Shown here one piece after another: positions 26,998 to 41,800 of a stretch of DNA of 64,000 bases; positions within the stretch are counted from its first letter, which is position 1, and each line of letters opens with the position of its first letter. The notes below the pieces were generated by a model. That model saw only the letters and a program-made list of their open reading frames with translations, had not been told where the DNA came from and did not search any database. Source of the stretch: Mizuhopecten yessoensis (Eukaryota); assembly GCF_002113885.1 (NCBI RefSeq), contig NW_018403859.1, forward strand, positions 29,037 through 93,036. The letters are read 5' to 3'. The translations under genes and the position numbers were made by a program.

Positions 26998-29035
26998 GTT
27001 TTCCCCGCGCCGCTCACCACCTGTCACGTAAACAATTGTCTGTTTATTTCACAGTGTGTATCTATCTGATCATGTACAGTTCTCTCCCTTGTACATGTAT
27101 AGCGTGTTTGTTTTTGTTTGAACATCTTATTAGCTATGAATAACATTATCGTTGTGACGGGGTAGGTCATTGGACCATGTATATATCGGATTAACGGCCC
27201 AAACATTATATATGAGAGCATACTATTCTCGATTTTAGTTTGTTTATTTATTGTAATTTGGTCTTTTGACCCATAAGGTTTAAGTCAACTTACCAAAGAG
27301 ATACTTTATCTACCTAATATTTTTTCTCTCTATGAGTCACTGACTTTTAAAAAGCATTTCGCAATGTATACACAATAACATTTTAAAATTATAAATTCAT
27401 ACACCTCGAAAAAAGAAAATCTGATAAATTGCTTGTACATGGTGTATACATATTAATTTCAATCAAAGATTAACGAAACTTGGCATTGTAAAACAACGAA
27501 ACAACAATATAGCTTTCTGTAATGACTGATACATTTGAAAGCATAACAAACTCATCATAGTGGTAAGCTCGGTAGGAACCAACTGCAGAAGGTCAAGGAC
27601 ATAATTAGACTAAATATGATAAATGATGTCACGAGTTCTTTCAGCAAACCCCTTTTTAATAGAAATAATTTATTTGCAAAACTTATACACGTTTTACATG
27701 CAAAGTACATTTTTTTTTACAAAATAATCATTATGTTTCAATATAATGTATGCAAAGCTTCTGTACGTCTGCATATGCTGTCACAGATAGCGCGAGCTCA
27801 CGTCTGCACGAAAACAGATTTGTTTCTCCGACGTCTGATTAACATATGTTGTTTTCTTTCTATATTTTACGTAACAACTTATCCTTTTCCGGTTTAAGGT
27901 ATATATCAGCAATACCTTAATCATGAACATTACATATTAATGTTCCTCTTACATTCCTCATAGTCAAAGTGTTAAAGTGTTGCCATACCCAGTATCATCA
28001 CTGTTGCCAAGTGTTTATCTAACACGAGGGCACTGCAGACCCGCCAAGTGTTTACCTAACACGAGGACACTGCAGACCCGACTCTAAATAGCTATGTATG
28101 CAAACATTACCATGTCACTCACATACATTATCAAAATGATGAATATATAAATAATATACTTTATATACACATTCGAACAACATTTTCATTATAATATTTA
28201 CGTTAACTTTCTTATAGTTTATCAGATACAATATTTGCACATGGTAATTCAATTTACACAGCTTAATCATATTTACATATCAAGCGTTCACTATGAACAG
28301 ATCCTTGATATATTTACATACAGGGATGAAATCATTCGATAATGATACACAGCGATATATTTGATATGCAACCTTAAACTGAGGAAACAACGGTATACTG
28401 AAGATGTTGGTGTATGTGTATATTAATATATTTAATTTAATCACAACGGCTGAATAGAGGGGAAAAAAGCGTGGCCGAAGCCACTTCATTCTGGACATAG
28501 ACATAAACACATTATTTTATGATGTTTTATGAAATAACAATAAACACGCATTTTTAGATTAAATGACCGCAGCCTATAAAATGATATTTATTCTCAACAA
28601 ATGTGACGAGCAGGCCTTTATAATGACAGGTAATTTCCTCCCCCCCCCCCCCCCCCCCCCCCCCCAATCCCTGGGCTATCCAAAGGGGTTTGGAATTTTA
28701 CTTTAACTAATCTTAATCTGGTACCGGACACATCAGCTACTCACAAACCTTGGCAGAGTTTGCGTTTGCATGTACCTGACTATACATATCCTTGTCGATC
28801 TACCCAGATCAACGAGGCATTAATGACGCTTTCAAAATATGTAGCCAGAGTAAGTATTAAAACAAACATCAAGAGAGCATGACAAAAAAATATTTATAAA
28901 TCGATGTACTAACCGGGATACCTTTACAGAAATGTTACCATCAACAGACAAAAAGAAGAGGGGATTATTAAAACGAGTAATACTATTTCAAAAATATATC
29001 TTTTCCAAATCCAATGTAGCTGAGCGAGGTCAGCT

Positions 29036-31287
29036 CACAAGAACAGGGTACGTATACCAAGTTGGTACGAAAAACAAACTACCAATAACAAGAACAGGGT
29101 AGGTATTCCAAGTTGGTACGAAAAACAAACTACCGATAACAAGAGCAGGATAGGAATTCAAAGTTGGTACGAAAAATAAACAACCGATAACAAGAACAGG
29201 GTAGGAACTCCAAGTTGGTACGAAAAACCAACTACCGATAACAAGAACTGGGTAGGAATTCCAAGTTGGTAAGAAAAACAATCTACCGATAACAAGAACA
29301 GGGTAAGAATTCCGAGTTGGTACGAAAAACAAACTACCGATAACAAGTACAGGGTAGGAATTCCAAGTTGGAAAGAAAAACAATCTACCGATAACAAGAA
29401 CAGGGTAAGAATTCCAACTTGGTACGAAAAACAAACTACCGATAACAAGTACAGGGTAGGAATTCCAAGTTGGAAAGAAAAACAATCTACCGATAACAAG
29501 AACAGGGTAAGAATTCCGAGTTGGTACGAAAAACAAACTACCGATAACAAGAGTAGGGTAGGATCTCCAAGTTGGTACAAAAAACCAACTACCGGTAACA
29601 GGAACAGGGTAGAAATTCCAAGTTGGTACAAAAAACAAACTACCGATAACAAGAACAGGGTAGGTATTCCAAGTTGGTACGAAAAACAAACTACCGATAT
29701 CAAGAACAGGCTAGGAATTCCAAGTTGGTACGAAAAACAAACTACAGGTAACAAGAACAGGGCAGGAACTCCAAGTTGGTACGAAAAACCAACTACCGAT
29801 AAAAAGAACTGGGTAGGAATTCCAAGTTGGTAAGAAAAACAATCTACCGATAACAAGAACGGGGTAAGAATTCCAAGTTGGTACGAAAAACAAACTACAG
29901 GTAACAAGAACAGGGTAGGAACTCCAAGTTGGTACAAAAAACAAACTACCGGTAACAAGAACAGGGTAGGAATTCCAAGTTGGGAAGAAAAACAATCTAC
30001 CGATAACAAGAACAGGGTAAGAATTCCAACTTGGTACGAAAAACAAACTACCGATAACAAGAGCAGGATAGGAAGTCAAAGTTGGTACGAAAAATAAACA
30101 ACCGATAACAAGAACAGGTTAGGAACTCCAAGTTGGTACGAAAAACCAACTACCGATAACAAGAACTGGGTAGGAATTCCAAGTTGGTAAGAAAAACAAT
30201 CTACCGAAAACAAGAACAGGGTAAGAATTCCAAGTTGGTACGAAAAACAAACTACAGGTAACAAGAACAGGGCAGGAACTCCAAGTTGGTACGAAAAACC
30301 AACTACCGATAACAAGAACTGGGTAGGAATTCCAAGTTGGTAAGAAAAACAATCTACCGATAACAAGAACGGGGTAAGAATTCCAAGTTGGTACGAAAAA
30401 CAAACTACCGGTAACAAGAACAGGGTAGGAATTCCAAGTTGGTAAGAAAAACAATCTACCGAAAACAAGAACAGGGTAAGAATTCCAAGTTGGTACAAAA
30501 AACAAACTACCGATAACAAGAACAGGGTAGGAACTCCAAGTTGGTACAAAAAACAAACTACCGGTAACAAGAACAGGGTAGGAATTCAAAGTTGGTACGA
30601 AAAACAAACTACCGATAACAAGTACAGGGTAGGAATTCCAAGTTGGAAAGAAAAACAATCTACCGATAACAAGAACAGGGTAAGAATTCCGAGTTGGTAC
30701 GAAAAACAAACTACCGATAACAAGTACAGGGTAGGAATTCCAAGTTGGAAAGAAAAACAATCTACCGATAACAAGAACAGGGTAAGAATTCCGAGTTGGT
30801 ACGAAAAACAAACTACCGATAACAAGAGCAGGATAGGAAGTCAAAGTTGGTACGAAAAATAAACAACCGATAACAAGAACAGGGTAGGAACTCCAAGTTG
30901 GTACAAAAAACAAACTACCGATAACAAGAACAGGGTAGGAATTCCAAGTTGGTACGAAAAACAAACTACCGATAACAAGAATAGGGTAGGATCTCCAAGT
31001 TGGTACAAAAAACCAACTACCGGTAACAAGAACAGGGTAGAAATTCCAAGTTGGTACAAAAAACAAACTACCGATAACAAGAACAGGGTAGGAACTCCAA
31101 GTTGGTACGAAAAACAAACTACAGGTAACAAGAACAGGGTAGGAACTCCAAGTTGGTACGAAAAACAAACTACCAATAACAAGAACAGGGTAGGAATTCA
31201 AAGTTGGTACGAAAAACAAACTACCGATAACAAGAACAGGGTAGGAATTGAAAGTTGGTACGAAAAACAAACTACCGATAACAAGAA
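29036..31287. repeat. 51-bp minisatellite, about 44 copies
   Basis: Unit aagaacagggtaggaattccaagttggtacgaaaaacaaactaccgataac, with recurring variant types. Confidence 0.96.
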
Positions 31288-32714
31288 GAAACCACCAACA
31301 ACAAAATATTTGCTCAAGAAGGTGAATCGGTTTCTGCTCCACATCTTAAGATGTCTCCCATTACATTCAACAAATACACGACATCGTCAAATGAAGACAT
31401 AATGGACATTATGATAATTCAAGTCAATGTAAACAGTGTCTCAGAAGATGTCAAGGCAGGTTTTGTGTGCAAAGGGTTGTTATTTGCCTTGTAATTTGGA
31501 AGCATGACTTTGGATACCTATCAACCATACATTAAGCATAGAAATACACTTTCACGGAATTATTATGTTTAAATATAGAGTACACAATAGGAAACGATGA
31601 TACGATATCTTATTCTGCATACGTTTGTGTGTGTTTGCACAAGGCCAATGGAAGCAAGATTTCCAAGAACAATCACTGTTACGGTGAAGGGGTGGTAGAT
31701 TCAGGAAGTACCTAACCGATTAACTAATTCAATGCTCATTACATTTTATTCAATTTTACTGAGACGCAAATGAAGAAATAAGACACTTTGGTTAGCATAT
31801 TATCAAGCGTTGTAATTCATTCGACGCGTTGCGTGTATCTGTTACCTGTGTATAAATATAAAACATTACGATACAGGTATCGTATTACCTACTAATATGT
31901 AATAAAACGAAAGACACCTACGTGATGGGTTTATTATCCCTAAGCATCAATGCCATCTATAGAAGTATCAAAACGGTTGATTTGTTTTATTGTCTATATG
32001 GCTTGTGTATAAATTTCTGAAATCTTCACAGGATTTTACGATACTTACAGTATGTAGGTTAGGTCTAATCGTATTGGTTACAATACATATTACATATTGG
32101 GAAAGACTGTTAAGGGGAAAATAATAATACGAATAAAAACGTTATCAAATGGCAAAATACTTGAGGACACTTCAGATGTATATAGGTCTAATAATATTTT
32201 TGTTAAATGTTTTACATCGCTAAAAGCAATTTATTTTTGCCAAATTTAATTTCTTGTTAATCGTGAATATAAACTGCAGTGTCTCGGATTGAAGCATTGG
32301 TGTTGATAACATATTGATAGTGTAGATAACGTTGTTGGTGATTCATCAGACAGAACTAGCTCTATGCTCTATCATTGATAAGTTCACGCTTTTTATCAGC
32401 ACATGACCAACTCGAGTCAGGCATTACTAAAAAACAGATAACATTTCATCATTATCAACATAACATCGTTATAAAATAATGCCTGGTCTCTGAACCAATA
32501 ATGTACTCCTCAAAGTCGCAGCATCTCCTCGACTGATAACACATGACGTCAATGTAACAGGATGTAACATGATATGATAAGCGAATACTAAAACGATAAC
32601 CAAACCATCAAACATTTCGACATGACCAGAAGATAAATGTGCATCGATAAACAACCCACCGTTGTAAATAACTATTATGATTATTCTTTACAACAACGGA
32701 CATATGCATGTGTG

Positions 32715-32830
32715 TCTGGGTGCTCGGGTGGCGCAGTGGATAGCGAACTCGCCTTTCACCTACACGGTCGGGGTACGATTTTCCAGATCAGACGCAAAAC
32801 GTTATGGGGTCACCTGCCCCACTTATTTGG
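32715..32830 (+). mobile_element. tRNA-derived SINE head, degenerate
   Basis: A-box ggtggcgcagtggatagc, then gcctttcacc and a degenerate B-box ggtacgatt. Confidence 0.5.
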
Positions 32831-33775
32831 TTATATCCATGTACTTTATTTCCTTATTGTGGTCACCTGTGCGATAACGCACGGGCCAACAACAGGCAAT
32901 TAATATACAAGTTGATGAAACTTTTACAATAGTTCTAATAAAATTAATAAAGTTTATATGTTAGTAAACAGAAACACATCTTCCTGTTTTAATAACTGTA
33001 TTAAATCAGTCAAGTAAGTTACTCTTAAGTTTATATCACAGTCATCAACGGGAAAGTTATAGACAAGAAAATGACAAGAATCATAAACGATCTATCACGA
33101 GCTGGATATTTCGTTTCTCCGGTAACTCTAAACTCAAATAATGATGTACTTGCTTCACGCCCTTTAATGTTATTTCATAGTGTGCAATTATTCAAAACCC
33201 AAGACACTGGTACACATAGATTTCGATGTATCACCTAATAGTTGCAGTAGTTATGAACACGTGACTCAGCTCACAAACTAAATGAACAATGTTTACAAAG
33301 GAAACAAAATTATATGTTGTACCTCATCTTCAATGATTTTAGGAAGTCTCCAAGCTACAATCCATTGTAATTGGGATATTTCGTTTACAGTTTTCAATAG
33401 GTAACATTGGTTCTTCGGTAATGGAATAAAAAGTTCATGCGAGCAACAGTAAGGTGATTCCGATTGACAGGTTGACGTGAAATCGTACCACGAAAGATAT
33501 ATTCGTGGAATTCGTAAATGTCTGCATATGACATATAAATATTGAAGACACAGTCATTGGCATTCGGGCACCTATTGTCTTATGGCTTTTCATTTTGTAT
33601 TGAGCAATATTTTTTGGAAATGTTTGGTGTGAAAAGTAACAGATACAATCCAATTCTACGAAAGCATTGAGGAGTCAAAGTGATAATAAAACAGATCAAA
33701 TTGTCTCGCTATTTGAAGAAAAAATCTTTGAATCAGTAAAAACAATTTTTTGTGTAAAACAAGCAATGAACAGAT

Positions 33776-34638
33776 TGCTGGTAAACACCTGTTTTATTGC
33801 TGTTAAACATCTGTTTTATTGCTGGTAAACGCCTGTTTAATTGCTGGTTAACACCTTTTTTTATTGTTTTATTGCTGTTAAACACCTGTTTTATTGCTGG
33901 TAAACACCTGTTTTATTGCTGGTAAACACCTGTTTTATTGTTTTATTGCTGGTAAACACCTGTTTTATTATTTTATTGCTTGTAAACATCTGTCTTCTTG
34001 CTGGTAAACACCTGTTTTATTGATGGTAAACACCTGTTTTATTGATGGTAAACACCTGTTTTATTGCCGGTAAACATCTGTTTTATTATTTTATTGCTGT
34101 TAAACACCTGTTTTATTGCTGGTAAACACCTGTTTTATTGCTAGTAAACACCTGTTTTAGTGCTGGTAAACACCTGTTTTATTGCTGGTAAACACCTGTT
34201 TTATTGTTTTATTGCTGGTAAACACCTGTTTTACTATTTTATTGCTGGTAAACATCTGTTTTCTTGCTGGTAAACACCTGTTATTGATGGTAAACACCTG
34301 TTTTATTGATGGTAAACACCTGTTTTATTGCTGGTAAACATCTGTTTTATTGCTGGTAAACACCGGTTTATTGCTGGTTAACACCTGTTTTATTGTTTTA
34401 TTGCTGTTAAACACCTGTTTTATTGCTGGTAAACACCTGTTTTATTGCTAGTAAACACCTGTTTTAGTGCTGGTAAACACCTGTTTTATTGCTGGTAAAC
34501 ACCTGTTTTATTGTTTTATTGCTGGTAAACACCTGTTTTACTATTTTATTGCTGGTAAACATCTGTTTTCTTGCTGGTAAACACCTGTTATTGATGGTAA
34601 ACACCTGTTTTATTGATGGTAAACACCTGTTTTATTGC
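33776..34638. repeat. 22/30-bp minisatellite (ttgctggtaaacacctgtttta) with an about 300-bp higher-order duplication
   Basis: Tandem units; the variant ctagtaaacacctgttttagtg recurs at 34141 and 34448. Confidence 0.95.
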
Positions 34639-34751
34639 ATTTCAAAACACCAATTTGGATACAAAGACCCACTGTTTTACGTCTTCATTTTAGGTTCTTT
34701 TGCGTAGACGTCATAAACACAAGCACCCTATATATCTATATATTTAAATGC

Positions 34752-34989
34752 CTTGTCCGCGATGCTCTCAGCGTAATTGCTGCCTTCGGCTGTCTTTAGC
34801 CGAGGGGACTATTGGTTTTATATAATAGCTATATTTTCAATTATAGTATATCAATTCTATCTTCTTGTAATATGATGTATATGTACATGTAACTGTTCTG
34901 TTTCACTGTGTCTTGAAAAAGGAGCGGATCGCTCCGAAAATTTGACAACCTAAACTTGTCCACACTGTTGGAATTTCTTCTTTGCCCCA
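34752..34989 (+). mobile_element. 238-bp insertion with 15-bp flanking direct repeat; Penelope-like solo terminal repeat candidate
   Basis: tatatatttaaatgc occurs at 34737-34751 and 34990-35004. The insert contains the hairpin ggagcg-gat-cgctcc-gaaa, and cttgtcc appears near both ends. Confidence 0.55.
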
Positions 34990-36019
34990 TATATATTTAA
35001 ATGCATATGGCGATAAATGTCTTTTTTCTTATGTAAAATTCTCATGTGTATGCCTGTTTTTATCTTCTTTACTGATCAATGTCACTGTAGGAATACTATT
35101 ATTCATGTAATGCAAAGCCTCTTAGTAATTTTGCAAATTGTTTAAGGCGCTACACAAACGTTATATATTATACATACTATTAATTGTTTGAATGGGTGCA
35201 CTTTGTAAAATCATAATCAAGTCTCCTCACAATAAATAAAAACTCATCACAACATCTTTATGACTTTAAAGGATTCCAATCAAATACTTTTCCAGTTTCA
35301 TTTCTTGTATTGCACTATACCTATAGTTTTCTGTAATTTAACAACAGTCAGGAAGATGTGAACTGGTGAATGAAGAAATAAACCAGTTACTAGAAATACA
35401 CGTGTACTATATAAACAAACCAATTTAAGAAGCAAAACTGTAAGAAATAACACTGGCCGAGAACATGCAGAAACCTGTCATATTGCGCCGAGAGATAAAG
35501 GGCTTTTGGCTTCTGGTTATAAAAATGTATGGTATTATCTTTTACAGAGTTACACATTACTTTTATATTACCAAACGTTAACGTTAAAGGTGAAATCAAG
35601 TGTGTGTGTAAGGTTTATCGGTCAACAGATGAGTATGTGCATCTTTAAATAAATTAAAATCATGTTAAGTTTATCTGTGCGTTAGTTATCAATGCGGAAG
35701 TGTTTACCTTTTGATAGTCAATGTTGATGCACGATATGTTATTTAAGGCAGTGATTCGGCTATTGATTGTAGTTGAGGTGTAACACATCGTCGGCGGTAC
35801 ATACATCACCTGAAGACCACTATGGAACCCCGTTTTGTATTTACCCTTCTTGTAGCATGTTTCATCACTGATACTTGCCAAGGGTGAGTATCGTATTTAC
35901 GTTTATTGTTTTTACAAACAAATTCAGTCAAAAGATCTAAATTCAATGAAAAAATAATAATGCCGTAAGCGTTGCCTTTCCTTTTATTACAATTTTCCAG
36001 GGTTGTGCGACACATACGA

Positions 36020-36395
36020 TTGTGGTTTGGCTTTGGTTTTATTTTGTTTAACGTACTATTAACAGCTAAGGTCATTTAAGGACGTGCCTCCATGTATGTT
36101 GTGTATACGTGCCGGAGACAGAGTAGCTCTTTGTGTATTTGTCTTTTTGTGATCTGATGCCGACATCATAGTGATATCTCACTGAAATGCCATGCCGAAG
36201 GCACCCACAGCATTCCACCCGGTCACATTATACTGACACGGGGTGAACCAGTTGTTGCCATTTCCTTTTATGCTGACCGTTAAACAAGAAATAACATCTA
36301 CCATTTTAAGGACTTTGGTACGTCCAAACATGGGGACAAAATCCATTGCCTTCCTCAGTTGTGCGAACGCTCAACAATAAAGCCAAAAGTGAGGT
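36020..36395 (-). mobile_element. Meta-domain SINE (BivaMeta-like)
   Basis: Contains the Meta-like core cccggtcacattatactgacacgggg..ccagt and the same 3' tail as the 14.2-kb SINE (ccttaaatgaccttagctgttaatag..gttaaac). Confidence 0.7.
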
Positions 36396-36469
36396 GTTGC
36401 CAAGCAAGGCGCTAGGAAATAAAAGGTAGTTAGAAGTAAAGAGAAAAATGATGATCCAAAATATTGCAA

Positions 36470-36632
36470 TGGGTGCAACAGATTTATTCTGGTCGCTTTT
36501 CGTGTCTCCAAATAGAGGGCACCAACGCATATCCCCAATTATGCAGGGGTTCCCGCATTAGTCGCCTCTTACGATACATGCAGTGGGTAAGAGCAGGCGT
36601 ATTCTTTTCTCGATCCCCGACCTGCAGGGGTG
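36470..36632 (+). mobile_element. 3' end remnant of a CR1/Zenon-like LINE or a partner SINE
   Basis: cgcattagtcgcctcttacgatac...attct...cccgacctgcagggg resembles Zenon-type 3' termini. Confidence 0.45.
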
Positions 36633-37152
36633 ATATACGATTGTGAATATGGACACTAATCCAATATTTTTTTCTTAACTATTTACATCTCTCCTTCTCC
36701 AGCTTAGTAAAATCTGATTGCGTATACATTGGCGTATACGCAACGAAAAAAGGCTCGGCGGATTGATATATTTTCCAAATATGGCGCCGTTCACACTTCA
36801 GCACGATGACTGTTCAATGGCAGCCATTGTTTGGTTCTCTAGGAACATTGAACTTCTTATTCCAAGGATGCACATTTAAAATTATTTGACGGTAAATTAA
36901 ACAATGGCGGGTTCCTTTGGCGACGTTCGACCGCGTCACTATTACTCAATTAAAAATGTACAAACGATGAAAAGAAGAAATATAGTGTTAATCACTGCGT
37001 TTTTTCCAAATTTACATTTATATCGATGTAGATTCACTGGAATTATATTATCCTAGCAAGCACGGCTACTGTAGTTACACTCATACAACCATCTTCGAAT
37101 GTTTTTTTCTTCTTTGTAAAGCATTTAAACATTATTAATGATGTAACTATTT

Positions 37153-37309
37153 AAGGATTACCTTTCTATTTAGTTTAGGTTATCAGGTGTTAACTACAAT
37201 CGAACTCGGGTAATTTGAATTACCAGCGAAGCCGATTATGATTAATTTACCCAAGTTCCATTGTAGTTAACACCCGATAACCTAAACTAAATAGAAAGTA
37301 AATCTTTAT
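37153..37309. repeat. About 155-bp imperfect hairpin (MITE-like)
   Basis: ctttctatttagtttaggttatcaggtgttaactacaat..gaact.gggtaa pairs with ttaccc.agttc.attgtagttaacacccgataacctaaactaaatagaaag. Confidence 0.85.
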
Positions 37310-38837
37310 ATTTGTAATTCCATCAAGGTTTTACATAAAACGTGTTCTTTTAACCAGACTATATTCCGCGGAAGGATTACAAATATTCCATTCAAGCCCG
37401 ATGTGTGATGCGGTTACACTTTGCGCCTCGCTTCGCCGGAGTCATCCATAGTTGGTTGAAAACACAGTTGAAGGAACAGCGTGTGAACGATAAATTTGTC
37501 AACATACCGGCTGAATTGAAGAGGAACCGACGCATTTGAGATGGGAGTTTTTGTGGGGGCCCTGTCAATGTCAAAATAACTTTGCCTCGGGTGACCCAAC
37601 AAAACAATTTACGTACTTGCTCACTTTCAAAACATCAGAAATGGCAGCGGTTTCAATTGATTTATCATTTGTTTACAAATCTCGTATCCCCGGTTACTAC
37701 TGTTTACGTTCGAAAATAGCCTTGAATACCCCTGGGTTGTTGCCGTGCACGGTGTAAGCATCACTACGCGCACGCGGTATAAACGCAAAAGAATGACTGT
37801 CATTATCGAGTGATAATGACAATGACCTCAACAAAGTTTATAGGGTCAATTACACTTGAAACTGTAAATATAAGGAATTACATACATTTTGATGGCGTTT
37901 GCGGTAGAACGTACACAGCTGGCAGTAAACATATATTTATGGAGCGCACCATAGAACATGTTCGTTGCCAACTGCGTTCATCCTACCGTATACGGCGTCA
38001 AAATGCAAGTCAATCCTTAAATGTGTCCAACAATTTATAATGAGAAGGTATTAACATCATTGCAACATATAACTTATGCATCAATAACCTCTATTTATAT
38101 TGTCAACGACTGATACGACAATTCAAGAGAAACAGACATGACATTCCCTTTAACAGTAAACGCATTGTGTCACCGTTCAATGTTTACATTCTTACGGCTT
38201 TTTAGTGTCACATAATTGGTGTTTTCATGGTTTTTTTCTGTCGTATCATCGCCAGAAGACAATTCTCCTTTAGCAATATCAAGGTTGATGATTTTGATTA
38301 TGATCATTAATGATTTTTGCTGTTTGCTATCTCTATCCGGTTTTCACCATGGGGACCTGACATTGTTAAACCTATTATTACATCACAGGTGACGTTGATG
38401 AAGCAGAAGACGTGTAACTTTCAGACCACCTATTTAGCAGTTAGGCCATCAGCTGTCTATGGAGATGACAGGACTGATGATATGTTTCCATAAAACATAT
38501 ACATAGTTTTTCTAGTAATGTTTTTGCTAATACATATAGCAAGTTTACTTGATGTAAATGCAACTCGTATTAAAGACGTTAAAACACTTTTTTGTTACAA
38601 CATATTGTTGTGGCCCTCCAATGTGCATCTTAATGTTTTCTATTAGTATTTATATCAAGTGAAACAAATAACCATGATTATAGTGATTGACTCCATTTGT
38701 TTGTGTGGTTGTCAGTGAGTCCTTAGTACCTGTATTAAACACTGTAGTTTTCGTATATGTGCAGGTCTATGTGCAAGTCGTAGTCAATTGTGTATCTACC
38801 ATTGTATAGAGTGTTGAATCTTATGTGTCTTTACCAG

Positions 38838-41800
38838 GAACACATGCTATTTCCAGAAGACACTTTACAAATGGGGAAGCACAAAAGTTGGATGGTAAGT
38901 AGTAGTAAAACAATTTGTCTGTTGAAACAAGCATACACGTAATATATGAAACATTATAACAATTAGAATAGAAAAAATACGCGACAAAATCAATGTGCAA
39001 GGACAAATTGTACCAGATACTCAACACACCGTGACAAAATATATAGCATCGAAAACACACAATGACAATTAAATAGTATCAATAACACAATGACAAAATG
39101 TATGACATCGACAACACAATGACAAAATGTATAGCATCGACAACGCATAGTGACAAAATGTATAGCATCGACAAAACATAGTGACAATTATATAGTATCA
39201 ATAACACAGTGACAAAATGCATGACATCGACAACACAATGACAAAATATATAGCATCGACAACACACAGTGACAAAACGTATAGCATCGACAACACACAG
39301 TGACAAAATGTATAGCATCGACAACGCATAGTGACGAAATGTATAGCATCGACAACACACAGTGACAAAATGTATATCATCGACAACACACAGTGAAAAA
39401 ATGTATAGCATCGACAACGCATAGTGAAAAAATGTATAGCATCGACAACACAATGATTAAATGTATAGCATCGACAACACACAGTGACAAAATGTATAGC
39501 ATCGACAACGCATAGTGAAAAAATGTATAGCATCGACAACACAATGATTAAATGTATAGCATCGACAACACACAGTGACAAAATGTATAGCATCGGAAAC
39601 ACATAATGATAAAATGTATAGCATCGACAACATAATGACAAAATGTATAGCATCGACAACACACAGAGACAAAATGTATAGCATCGACAACGCATAGAGA
39701 CAAAATGTATAGCATCGACAACACACAGAGACAAAATGTATAGCATCGACAACACAATGACAAAACGTATAGCATCGACAAAACATGCTGACAAAATATA
39801 TAGCATCGACAACACATAGTGACAAAATGTATAGCATCGACAACACAATGACAAACTGTATAGCAACGACAACACAATGACAAAACGTATAGCATCGACA
39901 ACACACAGTGACAAAATGTATAGCATCGGAAACACATAATGATAAAATGTATAGCATCGACAACATAATGACAAAATGTATAGCATCGACAACACAATGA
40001 CAAATGTATAGCATCGACAACACACTGTGACAAAATGTATATAGCATCGACAACCCAGTGACAAAATGTATAGCATCGACAACGCATAGTGACAAAATGT
40101 ATAGCATCGACAAAACAAAGTGACAAAATATATAGCATCGACAACACAATGACACAACGTATAGCATCGACAACACACAGTGACAAAATGTATATAGCAT
40201 CGACAACCAATAGTGACAAAATGTAAAGCATCGACAACACAATGACAAAACGTATAGCATCGACAACACACAGTGACACAATGTATAGCATCGACAACGC
40301 ATAATGACAAAATGTAAAGCATCGACAACACAATGACAAAACGTATAGCATCGACAACACACAGTGACACAATGTATAGCATCGACAACCAATAGTGACA
40401 ATATGTAAAGCATCGACAACACACAGTGTCAAAATGTATAACATAGACAACACATGCTGACAAAATATATAGCATCGACAACACATAGTGACATAATGTA
40501 TAGCATCAACAACACACAGTGACAAAATGTATAGCATCGACAACACAATGACAAACTGTATAGCATCGACAACACAATGACAAAACGTATAGCATCGACA
40601 ACACACAGTGACAAAATGTATAGCATCGACAACACATAATGACAAAATGTATAGCATCGACAACACATAATGACAAAATGTATAGCATCGACAACACAAT
40701 GACAAATGTATAGCATCGACAACACACAGTAACAAAATGTATATAGCATCGACAACACAGTGACAAAATGTATAGCATCGACAACGCATAGTGACAAAAT
40801 GTATAGCATCGACAAAACATAGTGACAAAATATATAGCATCGACAACACAATGACAAAACGTATAGCATCGACAACACACAGGGACAAAATGTAAAGCAT
40901 CGACAACACAATGACAAAACGGATAGCATCGACAACACACAGGGACAAAATGTAAAGCATCGACAACACACAGTGACAACATGTATATAGCATCGACAAC
41001 ACAGTGACAAAATGAATAGCATCGACAACGCATAGTGACAAAATGTATAGTATCGACAACAAACAATGACAAATGTATAGTACCGACAACACACAGTGAC
41101 AAAATGTAAAGCATCGACAACACACAGTGACAAAATGAATAGCATCGACAACGCATAGTGACAAAATGTATAGAATCGACAACACATAATGACAAAATAT
41201 ATAGAATCGACTACACATAGTGACATAATGTATAGCATCGACAAAACACAGTGACAAAATACATAGCATCGAAAACACAATGACAAAATGTATAGCATCG
41301 GCAACACACAGTGACAAAATGTATTAGCATCGACAACGCATAGTGACAAAATGTATAGCATCGACAACACAATGACAATACGTATAGCATCGACAACACA
41401 TAATGACAAAATGTATAGCACCGACAACACACAGTGACAAAATGTATATAGCATCGACAACACACAGAGGCAAAATATATATTTAATCTAAAATCTTAAC
41501 TAGGGTATCCTGTAAATAGAAATGTTTCTTTAGACACAAATTATCTGCGTGTTGACCTTTCTTTTGATAATTAAAACTGGCCCGTAACATTCCTATGTAG
41601 GTTATGTATATCGAAAGCCCACATTTCCCTGTACTAATTAATTTAAATAAGTGATATTTCCTATTATAGAGAAAACTAACGGTCACGGAATACATATTAT
41701 CTCGTGTTCTCAAAGGATATCAATAATGATACAAATCACTTCCTACCTGGTGTACATAAAATGACATTTTGACGACAAACTTTGTACAAAATAAACTTTA

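Noticed and set aside
29030-31342. Long hydrophobic ORFs (up to 407 aa) on the minus strand
   Set aside because: They are translations of a 51-bp (17-codon) satellite, open in two frames at once, with no splice or start context.
33330-35370. Candidate upstream or signal-peptide exons of the receptor gene
   Set aside because: Several short GT/AG-bounded segments fit the phase, but none encodes a convincing signal peptide.
38821-41465. Cys-rich ORFs up to 589 aa
   Set aside because: Artefact of a stop-poor 29/31-bp satellite, open in all three minus frames.
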